DNA from: Eledone cirrhosa
Taxonomy: Eukaryota
DNA length: 64,000 bases
Direction of reading: 5' to 3'
NCBI GenBank assembly: GCA_964016885.1
Contig: OZ024750.1
Location: 30,876,001 to 30,940,000 of the forward strand
Position numbers and translations under genes: made by a program. The notes under the pieces are model-generated. The model did not search any database, was not told where the DNA came from, and was given only the letters and a program-made list of their open reading frames with translations. Of the stretch, positions 55,401 to 63,975 are shown piece by piece (within the stretch, counting starts at the first letter, position 1; every line of letters begins with the position of its first letter).

Positions 55401-58400
55401 TTTATTATTTCATGCTTGTATTGGTGGATTGACCATATTGGGAGAGCAACAGACATGTTTTGTGGCATAGAGTTACAGCCTTTTTGTGTTCTGAGTTCAA
55501 ATCCTGCCAAGGTTAGTTTTGCCTTTCATCCTTAAGGAGTGGATAAAATAAAGTACCAGTAATGCACCAGTGCATTACTGGTACTTTATTTTTTTTCGTT
55601 CCGTTTTCGTTTAAAAATGACAAAACCCTGGACGGGGGAATCACTCGGCTCGTCCGTCGATGAAGAGCGCGGCTATCCGTGTGAACTGATGCGAATTACA
55701 GGACTCAGTGAACATCGACACCTCGAATTTAATTGACTTTCCTCTTTGCCAAAATTGTTGGCCTTGTGCCAAAATCAGAAACCATTATTTTATGTTTGTA
55801 TAGGTAGAAGAGCTTTTCATAATCAGATTAAATGAATATATTAACAGTAACACTAACATTGTGTGATTCATAATAGAGGTGTATATGAAGGCATATAGAA
55901 TGTTTTTTTATACATAACCATATTGCATATTTCTTCATTTCGCTGAAACTCATGGAGGAGATGACGAAGGATCGTGACAAGTGGAGAGATGTTGTGCTAA
56001 ATAGGACCCGTCCCACCCTCGCAAGCAGGGAAAAGCGGACGTTAAATGATGATGATGATCACATTGATTGCCACTCAGCCATGTACCTTAACTTTTTAAA
56101 TATTTATAATAAAATCTCTAAATAAATTTGAGTGACTTCTGTCCATCACACAATATGTGTGTGTATGTGTATGTAAAAGGAAGGAAGGGGATGGTGAAAA
56201 AACTATTGCAAAAAGCAGCTGGTGTTCCATTTGCTACGCTGTGTGTGAGTGTATGTGTATGTGTGTGTTTGTGTAAATGTATGTGTATTTGTGTGAATGT
56301 ATGTCTGCGAGTGTACATTTTTGTAAGTGTGTCTGTGTTTGCATGTTATATTTATATATTCATGCATATAAATGTAATCGTATGCACATACACACATACA
56401 TATACACATACACACATGCATATACACATCAGTATGTTTAAACAAATTCTGGAACATAACATTTTTCAAATCTGACCTGGGCAGTTATCTGATTTTCGTT
56501 CATCTTTCCATATTCCATTGACGCATGACCTGCAGAAAAAAACACACAAAAAACAGGAATTAAATGAAAACATTTTATAAACAAAATTATTTTATAAAAC
56601 AAAGAAATTTAGCTAATATATTTCCAGTTAAGTGTCTCATGGTGCTCAGCTTATTATACTTTGCCAAAGCAAACTAAATATTTCAAGATGAAGAAAGTAA
56701 AATAAATTTAACAGATTAACAATGTAAATATAAAATTTATTCAATTTATTTGAGATTTTTTTAATTAATAGTTTTAGTATTGTATTTGTGTTTAGGAGTT
56801 GCTGAACAAAAATACTGAGCATATTAAATGACTGGTAGTAAAGCAGCCAAATGAAAAGACATATTTACCAAAAATTGATATTTATTTTTAATTCTATTCA
56901 TTGGCTAGATATATAACTAACAGCCTTCTCCATTAACTTACTATACTTTCATTAGTTTCCTTGTACATAGACATAATCAAACTGAATGAGTCAACTGTTT
57001 TAAGTACTTACAGATCTCTACATCCAATTTTAAGTTTGCTACTTGCAAGCATCCAAGTATCTCCGTATTGACATGGGCACTCATCAGGTGAAACACAGGT
57101 TCCCTATTTTTAAATTAAAAGAATGGATTTTTAATCAATAAATAATGGTTTTTGATTTAGGCACAAGACCAACAATTTTGGGGGAGGGAAAACTTGATTA
57201 AATCAATCCAAGTGCATTACTGGCACTTAACTTTATCAACCCTGTAAGGATGAAACTCAAAACAGCTGTAACAATATGCCAGAAAGCATTTTGTCCAATG
57301 TACTGATACTGCTAATCCACCACCCTTAAATATATAAAATAATGGTTTATATAAAATATATAAAATAAAGGCCAACAATTTTTTGAGGAAGTGAAAGTTG
57401 ATTTAACTGATCTCAGGACATTACTGGTACTTTATTTTATCAACCCCGTAAATATGAAAGGTAAAGCTACCCGGCGGGTTTTAATTCAGAATATATATGA
57501 TTATAACTATATGCCACAAAGCATATTGTCCAACGCTCTACTGAATACTGCCAATCCACTGCCCTTTTTAATCAATAAATAATTATTTCTTATATAGGCA
57601 CAAGGCCAGCAATTTTGGGGGACGGGAAAGTCGATTAAATCGACCCCAGTGCATAACTGGTACGTTATTTTATCGACCCCATAAGGATGAAAGGCAAAGT
57701 TAACCTCGGTGTGATTTCAACTCAGATCATAAAGGGCCATAACTCTATGCTGCAAAGCATGGCATCCGACCCTCTACCAATACTGGCAATCATCATCATT
57801 ATCATTGTAATATCCATCTTCCACTCTAGCATGGGTAGGATATATATATATATCCTAGCTACAGTGGAAGATGGACGTTAAATTATGATGATGATGATGG
57901 TGATGATGGTATATATAAATATATTATTTATTCTTTATCATTAACATTAATAATATTTTTTTTTTTTTAAGAAGAGCCTCAAATTTCATATAGCTTAGGG
58001 CCTCAGCAGGTCAAGGTCCTGTCCTGCCAATAATTGAATGTATTAATATTTAAAAACGAATAAAAATCTAAACTATAATAAAGGAAAGTCTGCGGGATTG
58101 TGTACGGTTTATTTTTTTTTATCCCGTTTGTAAAATAAGTTGGATTACTTTGAATAAATAATGAATAAACATTACATAATTTATCTACTAAACTTCGTGG
58201 CTGTTCATTAAATATATTTTGTTTATTTAAAGATTCGCTTCTTTAAAGTTTCTGAAATGTCAACACTTCCGGTAGCGATCGCTTAAATAAACATACTTAT
58301 TTTCCGTCACTAATTTTCTCCTAATGTAGTTTATATATAATATCGTCTTTTTTAATGTATCATGGATTACGTTACTGATTACATAAGACAGTGTAACGCA

Positions 58401-61400
58401 GTCTTCGTTCAATTTCTATGTATTATATGTGGATTGGCAGTATCGGTAGAGGGTCGGACGCCATGCTTTCCAGCATAGTTACGTCCCTTTACGATCTGAG
58501 TTCAAAATCCCGCCGAGGTTGACTTTGCCTTTCATCCTTACGGGGTCGATAAAATAAAGTACCAGTAATGCACTGGATAATTGCTGGCCTTGTGCCTAAA
58601 GTAGAAACAATTATATATTGTCAATTATGATTTTATTTAATGTATCATATCTACATGTATATATACTTGCGTATATATACAAGATACACACTACACATGC
58701 TAGCAGAAAACCACCCGAACGGTGGTTTTTCTGCTAGTAAATATAATAATTAGAACTGTATATTTTTTCTCCTACCTACATTCACTGATTATTGAAACAA
58801 CAATATGAGCAAATGAGGAAACCTCTACATAGATAGTAAATATGTTAGACATAGTGTCCTATTTTACCAAACCACATTCTAACTTATAAATATAATACAC
58901 ATAAATCAAAGTGAGATAAAAAAAATAATAAACAAAAATAAACCAATTCATCACTAACTGCGTCAATTAGTTACGCATCACAAAGGTCATTGGAAATTTT
59001 TGAGGCAAGCCAACACGCTCACAGCATTACTGTGGGTAACGGCAAAGCTAAGGCGCTGAAACAATCAGGCACCCTCACGTACATCACCTGACACCTCTGT
59101 AAGGCAAGTCGCTAATGATGACAATAAATTCTCTGTTAGCAGCCCAGCTCAACCAAACATCTTAAATGCCACAGATTCGAAAAAATTGTTATTCGATAGT
59201 TCCTGGTATTTTAGGATTTTATTCCATTTGGCTAGGTTCCTAGCAATAATTAATTGTATCTATTATTTGTGTTTATAAGAGCAGTGGATTGGCAAAGTCA
59301 GTGGAGCGACGGACAACATGCTTTGTGGCATAGAGTTATGGCTTTTTATGTTCTGAGTTCAAATCCCAACGAGGTTAGCTTTGCTTTTCATCCTTATGGG
59401 TTCCATAAAATAAAATACCAGCAACATACTGGGTTGATTTAATTGACTTTCCCCTCCCCCCAAATTAATCTATAGTTTAACTTAAAATATATAGTATACA
59501 ACCTGGTTGTACTTAATATTTTACAGTTACTAGTGAAAAGCAAAACTTACATTTGGAGAGAGAACTGAAGAAGGTGGACATCTACAGCCTTCAAATTCAT
59601 TTTCAAAAATTATGCACTCTTCTGGTTTGGCTAAAGTCAGACAAGTTTCTTGACATCCAGTGGCATTTGTAACCCAGATTTGGTTCTTTGGACAAACAAT
59701 TTCTTCTAATGTTGGAACACAATTCCATTTTCCTCGAATGCATGTACTGAAAGAAACATTTAATAAAAGATCAGGGGGAAATTTTGACTCTTTCATTACC
59801 ATATTTCTAATGAAAGACACTGTCTATGTATAACCCTTTCATTACCATATTTCTAATGAAAGACAGTATCTATTATCTTCATTTAACTTTGCTTTTCCTG
59901 TTACCAAGGGTTCAATTGGTCTAAATGAAGCAAGTCAGTACTAATGTGGAGCCATGGACCTTCCAAACAGGCAGGGGAAGGGGTTAGCATCTCACTTATG
60001 TATAGTCTTACATTCTATCGAGTTCACAGGAGAGGTCTTTGACACAATTGAAGAGTCCTTCCAACCCTTTGTTTGGCAGGATGCTCTTCCTATCACCAAC
60101 CACTTTACAGGATGTACTGGGTACATTTATTGTGTAGATCACCAACACTAAGGAGGCCGTTATGTTCTTGACATGACTGAAGGGACATCACCCTTTTTCT
60201 TTTTTTGTCTATTTTTTTCTGAATAATTTTGAAAATAATAAAGAATTTGTAAAGAGATAACAAAATAACAAATTTTCTCAATATTAATATGAGGTTTAGA
60301 ATACAACTTAAAGGTTCTTGCATAGAATTATGTTGGAAGGGATTCAGATACATATAAACTCTTTAAAATAAATGGTTTTGTATCATAGAACCAGAGGCAG
60401 TTTAGTATCAAAAGGGTTAAGTTGCATTAATTAGGCAAATAATTGATATTCATCAAACCCGATGAGAAGTTATCTCCTTATGTAACTCACCAAATAGAGC
60501 ATTGTTCATGTTATAAGACAAAACAAAATGGCTCCCATAATTCCCTTTTCTATATAAATGGCCTCAAGCATCATCTTATTTAACACAGCCTTCTGATTAC
60601 ATTGAATAAGCCATCACTGTTGACCAAGCAACATTTTATATCTACTGAAGTGGGGACTTCTGACCCCAAGACTGGCCGAGGGGTCGCATCTCACTTAGGT
60701 ACAGTCATAGATTCTATCAACTGTACAGGAGAAGTTATATCTTTTGACATAAACATGCTTAATGGTGTGATAGTGTTCATCATTGTAATATGCCTATAGA
60801 CTGTAATAAATATATTTCTGGTTCCTTATATATGCAATGAAGCTAAATATACTTAAACTAAGTATATTTCGGTTATGACGATGAGTGTCCCAATTAATCC
60901 GATCAACGGAACTGCCTGTTTGTGAAATTAACATGTAAGTGACTGAGCATTCCACAGTCATGCATACCCTTAATGTAGTTCTCATGGAAATTCAGCGTGA
61001 CACAGAATGCAACAAGAGTAGCCCTTCAAACTCATTTTTTCCAGGTGAGTGGATTAGAGCTATGTGAAATAAAGTGCCTTGCTCAAGGACACAATGTACC
61101 ACCAGGAATCGAACTAATGACCTTATGATTGTAAGCCTAATACCTTAACCATAAAGCCACATGACTTCAATTTTAAAAACATGTTACACAACAGTAATAG
61201 ATAACAGGATTAGATTATAATTATTAAACTGTCATTATGAAAAATAACTTTTAATATTTACCAATCAAGTCGTTTTCGGTGTATTATTTCTCCAGCTTTG
61301 TAATGTTTCTGTTCAAATTTGTTGAAGCATGTACATTTACTAATGGGTACACAATTTCCCTGGTTATCCAACAGTGATCCCTCAGGACAACGACACCCAA

Positions 61401-63431
61401 ATACACATCCTTCATCACATGTTCCTTTATCTTTGGCAAGGTCATTACAAGAGGATTGACAAGTAGATCCACAATAAATATATTTTTGACCAGTTCCAGA
61501 GGGACACTTTACAACTACAATACAGAATAAAGTAGGACTCTTGTTAATGATATAGCATAAATATTTTAGTAAAGCATATTGAAACAAGTGCAGAAATCAT
61601 ATTTATTATCATCATCCTTTTTATGTTCATTTCTCTATACTAGCATGGGTTGGACTGGTCCTTTCCAGCACAGCTTCCTTATGCTCATTGCATTCCTTCA
61701 TGATTTCCACTGTGTGGTTCAGCATTCTGAGATATGGCTCTCACCAATTCTGCCCAGGTTTTCCTTGGCTTTTCTCTACTACAACTTCTTTCCACTGGAA
61801 ACTCCTGGCATTTCTTCCCAATGGTCATTCCTTCATATGCATCACTTGTACATACCAGTGCAGTCCTCTTTCTTGCACACTACATCTGATTCCTCTTATA
61901 CCCAACTTTCTCTTAATTCATCCATGCTTTGTTGTTCATGCATGTTAGCATTGTACTTCCATCAAAGCATGCTCAATTAATTTCTCTTCAGCTTTCACAT
62001 ATCCCTTGTCTTTACTGCCCATGTCTCACAAACGATGCAACATTGTACTTCTCACACAGACATCATACAGCTGCCCTTTCATTCATAGAGAGCACTACCA
62101 GTGTACTTCCCACACAGGTACCATACAGCTGCCCTTTTGTTCGCAGAGAACCTTGATTTTAAAAACTCATTGTTGGATGATAATTTCTTATCGCTTCTTT
62201 TCCAACAATATTTCCAAGAGGTTTCTACATGGTTTATTTCAGTAATAATTACGTTCTCACAATTAATAAATGAGGATTCTATCATTTTTCAACAGGTAAT
62301 TTTTTTTATTTCTTTATCCTGTAAGGCCAGTGGATTGGCAGTATTGGTAGAGTGTCAGACATTTTGCGGCATATAGTTATGTCCTTTTATGTTCTGAGTT
62401 CATATACCATCAGGGTCAATAAAATACAGAGCCTGTAATGCACTGGAGTCAATTTAATCGACTTTTCCTTTCCCAGAAATTATTGGCCTTGTGCCTAAAT
62501 TTAAAATCATTATAGCTGTTGTTGTTGCAGTTGTTGAAATGTTACATTTGATATACAAGTTTGATTATATATCTTGCCAACAAACATTTGCAGTTCACTG
62601 TAGTTGCACTATTAAATTAGAAACCATTATTCTTTATTCTGTGTTTTGCGATCCTCTTCAATAATAAATAAACCTATATTTATAATTTTGCAACATAATC
62701 TCAACTGCTCACATACATTTTACAAGTCATTACATATTAATCATATTGATATTTAATTGACATAAATTATTGTAATGTTCAGCATATATTAATTAGTAAA
62801 TATTTAGTGTTATCTGTGAATAAAATTATAGTCAAATGCTAAGCATAGATATAAACTATGCTTACTATAAAGTAGTATAATAAATATGAAGCATTGTGAG
62901 ATATGTAATATATTACTGATAAGTTTTAGAAAGCTGGTAAAATACCATAGAAAAGTAGAAAAGGCAAATGATGACAAACAAAACAAAGTAATGTTTTATC
63001 CCAGTGTATTTCAACATGATATTTCAAGGCTATTACTCTCATTTCAAATGTGGTGCTGAAACAGCTTCACATGATACTGTGGCAAAATATTACTTTATTT
63101 GTATTTTTCTACTGCATTGTACCAGCTTTTTGAAAATTATTGGTCTATTATGCTTACTATATTGTTCTTGCATATAAAAGGTATTTTACTTACGACATAA
63201 GTTATTAAGAGTACTGTTTGAATGCCAGTCAACTATTATTTTATTTTCAGCACATTCTTTGGAATAAGATTGCATTGCAGTACAAAATCCTTTTGAACTA
63301 AATATTTCACTTGCACATATATCTCTCATGCACAGATCATAAAATGGCTCAATAGGGATGGTATCCCGACAACTTAAAAATGCAGGGCTTTCTTGAAGGT
63401 AGCCACAATACCGTCTAGCAGTTATTTCATT
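6..63431 (-). CDS. Partial multi-exon gene: giant secreted VWD/C8/TIL mucin-like (SCO-spondin/hemocytin-like) protein with LDLa and a tandem discoidin-like+PTS array; both ends outside the window
   Basis: 83 exons with GT-AG boundaries whose phases chain without a stop. Motifs: [10 protein letters not shown] and GLCGNFD (VWD), GGDCECLC (C8), TIL cysteine pattern, CDGNFDCFSGSDE (LDLa). Summed exon length about 11,626 nt. Confidence 0.9.
699..792 (-). mobile_element. 5'-truncated SINE family 1 fragment in the array intron (present in units 1-14)
   Basis: Matches the 3' half of full copies at 46441 and 58428. Flanked by direct repeat cattaatataat (687-698, 793-804). Site is empty in units 15-17. 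Confidence 0.85.
1188..1256 (-). CDS. Repeat exon B (unit 1), PTS linker HPLTTTLAPATSAVVSSVPTTSQ
   Basis: Acceptor cttcag, donor gtgagt; 69 nt, phase 1-1. Confidence 0.88.
1380..1506 (-). CDS. Repeat exon C (unit 1), C-terminal part of the globular module TSTPDRPVG...VVSVSAKICK
   Basis: Acceptor ctacag, donor gtaagt; 127 nt, phase 0-1; lies in ORF 1372..1593. Confidence 0.9.
1753..2012 (-). CDS. Repeat exon D (unit 1), N-terminal part of the discoidin-like module LFCEITEAMDDETFIPD...EYTIK
   Basis: Acceptor taacag, donor gtaatc; 260 nt, phase 1-0; lies in ORF 1744..2013. Confidence 0.9.
3871..4130 (-). CDS. Repeat exon D, unit 2
   Basis: Same translation and splice sites as unit 1. Confidence 0.88.
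5989..6248 (-). CDS. Repeat exon D, unit 3
   Basis: Same translation and splice sites as unit 1. Confidence 0.88.
8107..8366 (-). CDS. Repeat exon D, unit 4
   Basis: Same translation and splice sites as unit 1. Confidence 0.88.
10225..10484 (-). CDS. Repeat exon D, unit 5
   Basis: Same translation and splice sites as unit 1. Confidence 0.88.
12343..12602 (-). CDS. Repeat exon D, unit 6
   Basis: Same translation and splice sites as unit 1. Confidence 0.88.
14461..14720 (-). CDS. Repeat exon D, unit 7
   Basis: Same translation and splice sites as unit 1. Confidence 0.88.
16579..16838 (-). CDS. Repeat exon D, unit 8
   Basis: Same translation and splice sites as unit 1. Confidence 0.88.
18697..18956 (-). 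CDS. Repeat exon D, unit 9
   Basis: Same translation and splice sites as unit 1. Confidence 0.88.
20815..21074 (-). CDS. Repeat exon D, unit 10
   Basis: Same translation and splice sites as unit 1. Confidence 0.88.
22933..23192 (-). CDS. Repeat exon D, unit 11
   Basis: Same translation and splice sites as unit 1. Confidence 0.88.
25052..25311 (-). CDS. Repeat exon D, unit 12
   Basis: Same translation; unit has a +1 intronic A. Confidence 0.88.
27170..27429 (-). CDS. Repeat exon D, unit 13
   Basis: Same translation and splice sites as unit 1. Confidence 0.88.
29289..29548 (-). CDS. Repeat exon D, unit 14
   Basis: Same translation; unit has a +1 intronic A. Confidence 0.88.
29660..29770 (-). 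CDS. Repeat exon A, unit 15 (111 nt, one extra PVSSTIA)
   Basis: Three copies of the 21-mer acaggtgctattgttgatgac; same in unit 16 (31655-31765). Confidence 0.85.
31284..31543 (-). CDS. Repeat exon D, unit 15
   Basis: Same translation as unit 1. Confidence 0.88.
33318..33577 (-). CDS. Repeat exon D, unit 16
   Basis: Same translation, one silent change. Confidence 0.88.
35329..35588 (-). CDS. Repeat exon D, unit 17 (first globular module in transcript order)
   Basis: Two substitutions versus other units (IGPT>IGST, EYT>EFT). Confidence 0.88.
35700..35789 (-). CDS. Repeat exon A, partial unit 18
   Basis: 90 nt, same splice sites as other A exons. Confidence 0.85.
36219..36287 (-). CDS. Diverged exon B copy SHLTSTLAPGTSALLSSIPTTSQ
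   Basis: 69 nt, acceptor tttcag, donor gtgagt, phase 1-1; homologous to exon B. Confidence 0.82.
37068..37806. mobile_element. Truncated LINE (RT C-terminal region) with internal inversion
   Basis: Plus strand ~37424-37806 reads DIVLV...VEDFLYLGAKI...ESVLLNGSEIWTLTK. Minus strand ~37423-37068 reads MVDGCYTRMLRMALNI...RRLRLA and on to the 3' tail. Confidence 0.8.
37940..39045 (+). mobile_element. SINE-like family 2 element hosting an expanded minisatellite
   Basis: Tail ttaggaagggcatccagctgtagaaaaccagcc...catgctagcgtggaa...gatgat matches reverse-strand copies at 46630-46885 and 50193-50470. Confidence 0.7.
37959..38842. repeat. 48-bp minisatellite, 18 full copies plus a partial copy
   Basis: Unit ccagaccacactgtaaagtgatcttgtaggtgtcacaacaaaagacac, head to tail with no spacers. 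Confidence 0.97.
39167..39286 (-). CDS. Exon: unique Ser/Thr-rich segment VSTAYSTVVSTQEISS...TTLLSSYAT
   Basis: 120 nt, acceptor ttccag, donor gtaata, phase 1-1. Confidence 0.75.
40390..40535 (-). CDS. Exon: end of E/VWC-like module + LDL-receptor class A domain
   Basis: CTCNGGNMTCDICKCLENEFQCEDGHCINKSKICDGNFDCFSGSDENYC; 146 nt, phase 2-1, donor gtaag. Confidence 0.92.
42533..42778. mobile_element. Putative piggyBac-like MITE
   Basis: Ends in ggtaatgaaagggttaa. Related sequence occurs in opposite orientation at ~59831-60420 (taaccctttcattacc...aaagggttaa). Confidence 0.4.
42786..42882 (-). CDS. Exon: TIL end/E module GGKCIPEESCPCLYEKKIYPSGTKVFVDSCKN
   Basis: 97 nt, acceptor ctgcag, donor gtaag, phase 1-2. 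Confidence 0.9.
43400..43842 (-). mobile_element. RTE-like LINE 3' fragment
   Basis: MLHGSETW...RRLRWYGHVM...RGRPRKTW...DRDKW with a (tga)n tail. Confidence 0.88.
44194..44340 (-). CDS. Exon: TIL domain (D3) AVMCEEPKVYRECGPANPRTC...CTEGCHCPPGQVED
   Basis: 147 nt, phase 1-1, GT-AG. Confidence 0.92.
44510..44695 (+). mobile_element. tRNA-derived SINE family 1
   Basis: A box tggcagtatcgg, B box gagttcaaatcc, body ctttgcctttcatcct...aaagcaccag. Confidence 0.85.
45395..45850 (-). mobile_element. Degraded LINE 3' fragment (same type as 37068-37806)
   Basis: ILLYSLELWTL...RLDDTNTRML...LALAGHV in ORF 45524..45790. Confidence 0.6.
45937..46046 (-). CDS. Exon: C8 domain second half CALGGDCECLCTALANFARRC...WRNNNRC
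   Basis: 110 nt, phase 2-1; matches the mucin/vWF D3 C8 pattern. Confidence 0.93.
46441..46620 (+). mobile_element. tRNA-derived SINE family 1
   Basis: A/B boxes and body as in other copies. Confidence 0.88.
46630..46885 (-). mobile_element. SINE-like family 2
   Basis: Homologous to 37940-39045 but with only ~2 internal units. Confidence 0.7.
46943..48499 (-). mobile_element. RTE-like LINE, 5'-truncated, disrupted reverse transcriptase
   Basis: ORF pieces NYRGIKL...QFGFVPGKGTTD...DLEKAFD-like, GVHQGSVL...YADNLVL, FRYLGD...RRLHWYGHV; frameshifts present. Confidence 0.93.
48508..48692 (-). mobile_element. tRNA-derived SINE family 1
   Basis: Reverse complement of the family consensus. Confidence 0.85.
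49227..49366 (-). CDS. Exon: C8 domain first half FFPARRQWAMESC...FAVC...YYDDCMYDAC
   Basis: 140 nt, phase 0-2, acceptor tttcag, donor gtagg. Confidence 0.92.
50193..50470 (-). mobile_element. SINE-like family 2
   Basis: catgctagcatgggttagacggg...acagctggatgcccttcctaac...ctttacagtgtg. Confidence 0.7.
50546..50740 (+). mobile_element. tRNA-derived SINE family 1
   Basis: Near full-length copy with A/B boxes. Confidence 0.88.
51187..51710. repeat. Long polypurine (GA6-8)n low-complexity tract
   Basis: About 520 bp almost entirely A/G. Confidence 0.95.
51781..51989 (-). CDS. Exon: VWD domain second half GTRIYIHL...QGLCGNFDHDTTNDF...FAFSW...HPCD
   Basis: 209 nt, phase 1-0, donor gtaag. Confidence 0.95.
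52040..52228 (-). mobile_element. tRNA-derived SINE family 1 (internally deleted)
   Basis: ggcacgaggccagcaattttggg...ctgatactgccaatccac. Confidence 0.8.
52790..53565 (+). mobile_element. Degraded Tc1/mariner transposase remnant
   Basis: YDKETKAQLSQWK...SPRSK, IKVMLIV, GIVHQE.VPEGQTV.KEYYQKVL, LHHDNA, MAPFDFWVFPKLK; TIR-like end ggatacttttttgacaaacct; stops and frameshifts. Left boundary approximate. Confidence 0.85.
54590..54850. repeat. Degenerate ~30-bp minisatellite, about 9 copies
   Basis: Consensus tattataacaccagatcattctataataat. Confidence 0.85.
54873..55214 (-). CDS. Exon: VWD domain first half [29 protein letters not shown]...GLTVQWDL
   Basis: 342 nt, phase 1-1, strong polypyrimidine acceptor, donor gtaag. 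Confidence 0.96.
55423..55790 (+). mobile_element. SINE family 1 copy interrupted by a fold-back and an rDNA-derived insert
   Basis: SINE 5' part runs to 55567; 3' part resumes ~55728 (tttaattgactttcc...ggccttgtgcc). Confidence 0.8.
55622..55727 (+). pseudogene. 5.8S rRNA fragment (5' two-thirds)
   Basis: atcactcggctcgtccgtcgatgaagagcgcggc...gcgaattacaggac...gaacatcgaca..tcgaa matches conserved 5.8S motifs (CGATGAAGA.CG, GAATTGCAG); no 18S or 28S nearby. Confidence 0.88.
55938..56058 (+). mobile_element. RTE-like LINE extreme 3' end
   Basis: LKLMEEMTKDRDKWRDVV, then gcaagcagggaaaagcggacgttaaa(tga)n. Confidence 0.8.
56477..56529 (-). CDS. Exon: end of E' module LSCVNGIWKDERKSDNCP
   Basis: 53 nt, phase 2-1, acceptor ttttctgcag, donor gtcag. 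Confidence 0.85.
57012..57103 (-). CDS. Exon: TIL' end/E' module GTCVSPDECPCQYGDTWMLASSKLKIGCRD
   Basis: 92 nt, phase 0-2, donor gtaagt. Confidence 0.9.
57140..57790 (-). mobile_element. Three tandem SINE family 1 copies
   Basis: Approximately 57140-57325, 57365-57565 and 57585-57790, each ending in a variant of tactgccaatccac. Confidence 0.82.
58067..58737 (+). mobile_element. Putative non-autonomous Helitron with nested SINE (58428-58615)
   Basis: A|TC start (tctaaactataataaagg), 3' hairpin accacc-cgaac-ggtggt, CTAG|T end. Confidence 0.6.
59280..59465 (+). mobile_element. tRNA-derived SINE family 1 (diverged)
   Basis: gtggattggca...ctgagttcaaatccc...ctttgcttttcatcc. Confidence 0.78.
59551..59746 (-). 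CDS. Exon: E2 end + TIL' CTCIRGKWNC...CPKNQIW...CQETC...EGCRCPPSSVLSPN
   Basis: 196 nt, phase 2-0, GT-AG. Confidence 0.92.
60865..61162 (-). mobile_element. tRNA-derived SINE family 3 (V/Meta-core-like)
   Basis: Reverse strand shows a tRNA-like head (gtggctt..tggttaag, agttcgattcc) followed by gtgtccttgagcaaggcacttta. Confidence 0.7.
61262..61514 (-). CDS. Exon: TIL (D2) + E module VKCPSGTGQKYIYCGSTCQSSC...CVFGCRCPEG...CVPISKCTC
   Basis: 253 nt, phase 1-2, full 10-Cys TIL pattern. Confidence 0.94.
61605..62150 (-). mobile_element. Degraded RTE-like LINE 3' fragment
   Basis: Recognisably similar to 43400-43842 and 46943-47420. Confidence 0.7.
62328..62512 (+). mobile_element. tRNA-derived SINE family 1 (internally deleted)
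   Basis: gtggattggcagtattggtagag...ggccttgtgcctaaa. Confidence 0.78.
63194..63431 (-). CDS. Exon: C8 domain (D2) NEITARRYC...FLSC...PFYDLCMRDIC...FCTAMQSYSKEC...VDWH...LC
   Basis: 238 nt, phase 0-1, acceptor ttttcag, donor gtaagt. Confidence 0.93.
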
Positions 63432-63844
63432 CTGAAAATATATTTGTGATTATTAAGTCTTTAATAAACAATGAAAATGATTTGTGTAAAAGTGATTCTA
63501 AAGCTCTCTATACTTTTAAGAATTCATCAGTGTACAAAATAAGTTATAGTGAAATAATGAAGGTAACAATGATGTGTGTATAATAGAATGAATACAAAGT
63601 TTTAGTTAAACAATGATTCATGGCTGTGAGATCTTGTAGATCATGATGGTCAGATGCTATGAATTAAAGTTATAGCTTTGTACAGAACAAGGACACCTGA
63701 CTTTGCCAAAGAAATATAGTACCAAGTTTTAGACCAATTTGTTGAATGAGAAACTTAGTAATTTTGCATTCAAATATATTGTTTATATTATTAACTACAA
63801 AATACAACAGGATTGTTCTTTTTCTCTTTTTTTTTACCTCTTCA

Positions 63845-63975
63845 AATAATTGTTTCTATTTTAGGCACAAGGCCAGCAATTTGAAGGGAAGGGGAAAGTC
63901 GATTAAATCTATCGCAGTGCATTACTGGTGCTTTATTTATCGACCCTGAAAGGATGAAAGGCAAAGCTAACCTCA
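63845..63975 (-). mobile_element. 5'-truncated SINE family 1
   Basis: aggcacaaggccagcaat...aaggatgaaaggcaaag. Confidence 0.8.

Noticed and set aside
55622-55727. Functional rDNA locus
   Set aside because: 5.8S is truncated, has no flanking 18S/28S and is embedded in a SINE.
60491-60550. Possible extra exon ending EQCSIC with a gtgagt donor
   Set aside because: In-frame TAA just upstream, and the neighbouring exons (61262 and 59746) already join in phase.
61268-61282. HRKR as the vWF-like furin site between D2 and D'
   Set aside because: Lacks the P4 Arg of R-X-K/R-R and lies within the E module rather than after it.
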